A DNA stretch of 64,000 nt from Clostridia bacterium (GTDB lineage: Bacteria > Bacillota > Clostridia > UBA1381). Below, in pieces: positions 62,809-64,000 of this stretch. The translations under genes were made by a program, and so were the position numbers. Location: positions 33,585 through 97,584 of the forward strand of contig JAZNOH010000085.1 in assembly GCA_045580715.1 (NCBI GenBank), in the 5' to 3' direction. Numbering within the stretch: the first letter of the stretch is position 1; each line of letters opens with the position of its first letter. The notes beneath the pieces were generated by a model. That model saw only the letters and a program-made list of their open reading frames with translations. It was not told the DNA's origin and did not search any database.

Positions 62809-63196
62809 CTTTCTTTTCCTCTTTGTAACCGTCAAACACATTACCGACAACTTCGATGTATTCACACACCTCTGTACCAAGAGTGTAGAATTCATCACTA
62901 TCTACGCACAAGATAACATAACTTGAAAGCTCGTGAGCGTATGCGACAATGCCAATAACCGCTCTATCCTTATCGACTTGTGCCTTAATATAATCATATT
63001 CATAGACTAACACATCATTCTTATCATACAAATCAATATCTATGTGATATACATATCTGTCACCAGATAATACATGGGAAAGTTTAGTCCAGCCCAAAAC
63101 AGATTGATTGATGATATATAGTTCGCCATCTGGTGTTAGATAAACCTTGTTTTTTATCCAGCGTTTTTCTTTTGTGTCATAAACACGGTATGTCAT
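62774..63196 (-). CDS. YopX-like protein
   Basis: MTYRVYDTKEKRWI... N-terminus and the C-terminal EVVGNVFD motif are typical of the YopX family. Confidence 0.5.
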   Translation of the reverse strand: MTYRVYDTKEKRWIKNKVYLTPDGELYIINQSVLGWTKLSHVLSGDRYVYHIDIDLYDKNDVLVYEYDYIKAQVDKDRAVIGIVAYAHELSSYVILCVDSDEFYTLGTEVCEYIEVVGNVFDGYKEEKKDGKQALSESKK

Positions 63197-63205
63197 AATG
63201 CCTCC

Positions 63206-64000
63206 TTATATTTCTATTAATTTAATTGCTTTATCAATTTCATCAACAACATAATCAATATCTTCATATGTAATATCGTCTGATAAGCTAATGCGAATCG
63301 TTCTTATTGCCTGTTCGTTACTAAGACCGATTTCTTTAAGCACATGACTTGGCTCTATGGAATGACTATTACAAGCTGAACTAGTTGATATTTGAATACC
63401 ATCCATATCCAAAATATACAAAAGAGCTTCGCCTGTTATATTCTGAGGGAAAGTTACATTAATGTTATTAGGCAAACGATAATAGCTATCGCCATTTAAT
63501 TCGCAATCAAATTTTTGTTCAAGAAGGTCAATAAAATAATTTCTCTTCTTACACACTTCTTCAATTGCACTTTGACTAACATTACAATAATCAACAGCCT
63601 TGCTCAGTCCAATGATGCCAAATGTATTTTCTGTACCACCACGAAGATGACTCTCTTGGCTACCGTAAACAAGCGGCTGAATGTTTATGCACTCTTTTTT
63701 GTATAAAAAGCCAACGCCTTTAAGTACTGGCGATATTTTATGCCCACTCGCGCTCATTAAATCAATATCCAACTCTTTTACATTAATGGGGATATGTCCA
63801 AATGCCTGAGTTGCATCAACATGTAGAACTCCACCATATTCATGAACTAAATGAGCAATCTCTTTTATCGGTTGAACAGTTCCTATTTCATTATTAGCCA
63901 TATGTATACTTACCAAAATCGGTTCATTCCCACTGTTAGCCAACGCCCTCTCCAAAGACCGACAATCAACAAATCCAAACTCATCTACTTTGCAATATCG
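63206..64000 (-). CDS. cysteine desulfurase (class V aminotransferase, NifS/IscS-like), 5-prime end beyond window
   Basis: PLP-lysine motif SASGHKI..LKGVGFLY, RGGTEN, catalytic-Cys loop SSACNS. The frame stays open to the window edge (RYCKVDEFGFVDCRSLERAL...). Confidence 0.85.
   Translation of the reverse strand, partial: RYCKVDEFGFVDCRSLERALANSGNEPILVSIHMANNEIGTVQPIKEIAHLVHEYGGVLHVDATQAFGHIPINVKELDIDLMSASGHKISPVLKGVGFLYKKECINIQPLVYGSQESHLRGGTENTFGIIGLSKAVDYCNVSQSAIEEVCKKRNYFIDLLEQKFDCELNGDSYYRLPNNINVTFPQNITGEALLYILDMDGIQISTSSACNSHSIEPSHVLKEIGLSNEQAIRTIRISLSDDITYEDIDYVVDEIDKAIKLIEI

Noticed and set aside
1-64000. Prophage-host junctions or host genes within the window.
   Set aside because: Every confidently assigned gene is phage-like, and both window edges lie in phage modules. 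No attL/attR-like junction or host housekeeping context is visible, so the integration state cannot be judged from this window.

Overview
The window reads as one contiguous stretch of a large, AT-rich tailed-phage genome. It carries an integrase, so it is probably temperate. The host is probably an anaerobic low-GC Gram-positive bacterium. That inference rests on SigA-type -35/-16/-10 promoters, AGGAGG-type ribosome binding sites, a class III anaerobic RNR and Listeria-Bacteroides repeat domains. There are three blocks. (1) 1-24.4 kb, + strand: a baseplate and tail-fibre set. It includes a 2382-aa multidomain tail protein and at least five fibre paralogues carrying HxH repeats. One fibre is fused to a metallophosphoesterase. 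Most of the large fibre genes end at their own hairpin terminator. (2) 24.5-27.4 kb: a lysogeny and switch module. It holds an XRE-like HTH gene, a divergent promoter region, a large serine integrase, a candidate attP, two small genes and an orphan promoter-terminator pair that should make a small RNA. (3) 27.4-64 kb, - strand: nucleotide metabolism, replication and early genes. Nucleotide metabolism includes gmk, a ThyX-like gene, dut, nrdDG with a formate/nitrite-transporter-like channel, folD, a deoxyribosyltransferase-like gene and a cysteine desulfurase. A six-tRNA array encloses a 593-nt ORF-free structured region. The replication module includes ligA, a RecD-like helicase, Pol III alpha, two methyltransferases, a PD-(D/E)XK nuclease, a primase, DnaB, an AAA_24-like ATPase and an SSB-like protein. 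About 25 small early genes are also present. This block is divided by four near-identical consensus promoters and a highly conserved gene-junction cassette. The most interesting item is the 593-nt candidate large ornate ncRNA inside the tRNA array, which may belong to the ROOL/GOLLD class. All family assignments come from motif recognition by eye; no searches were run.
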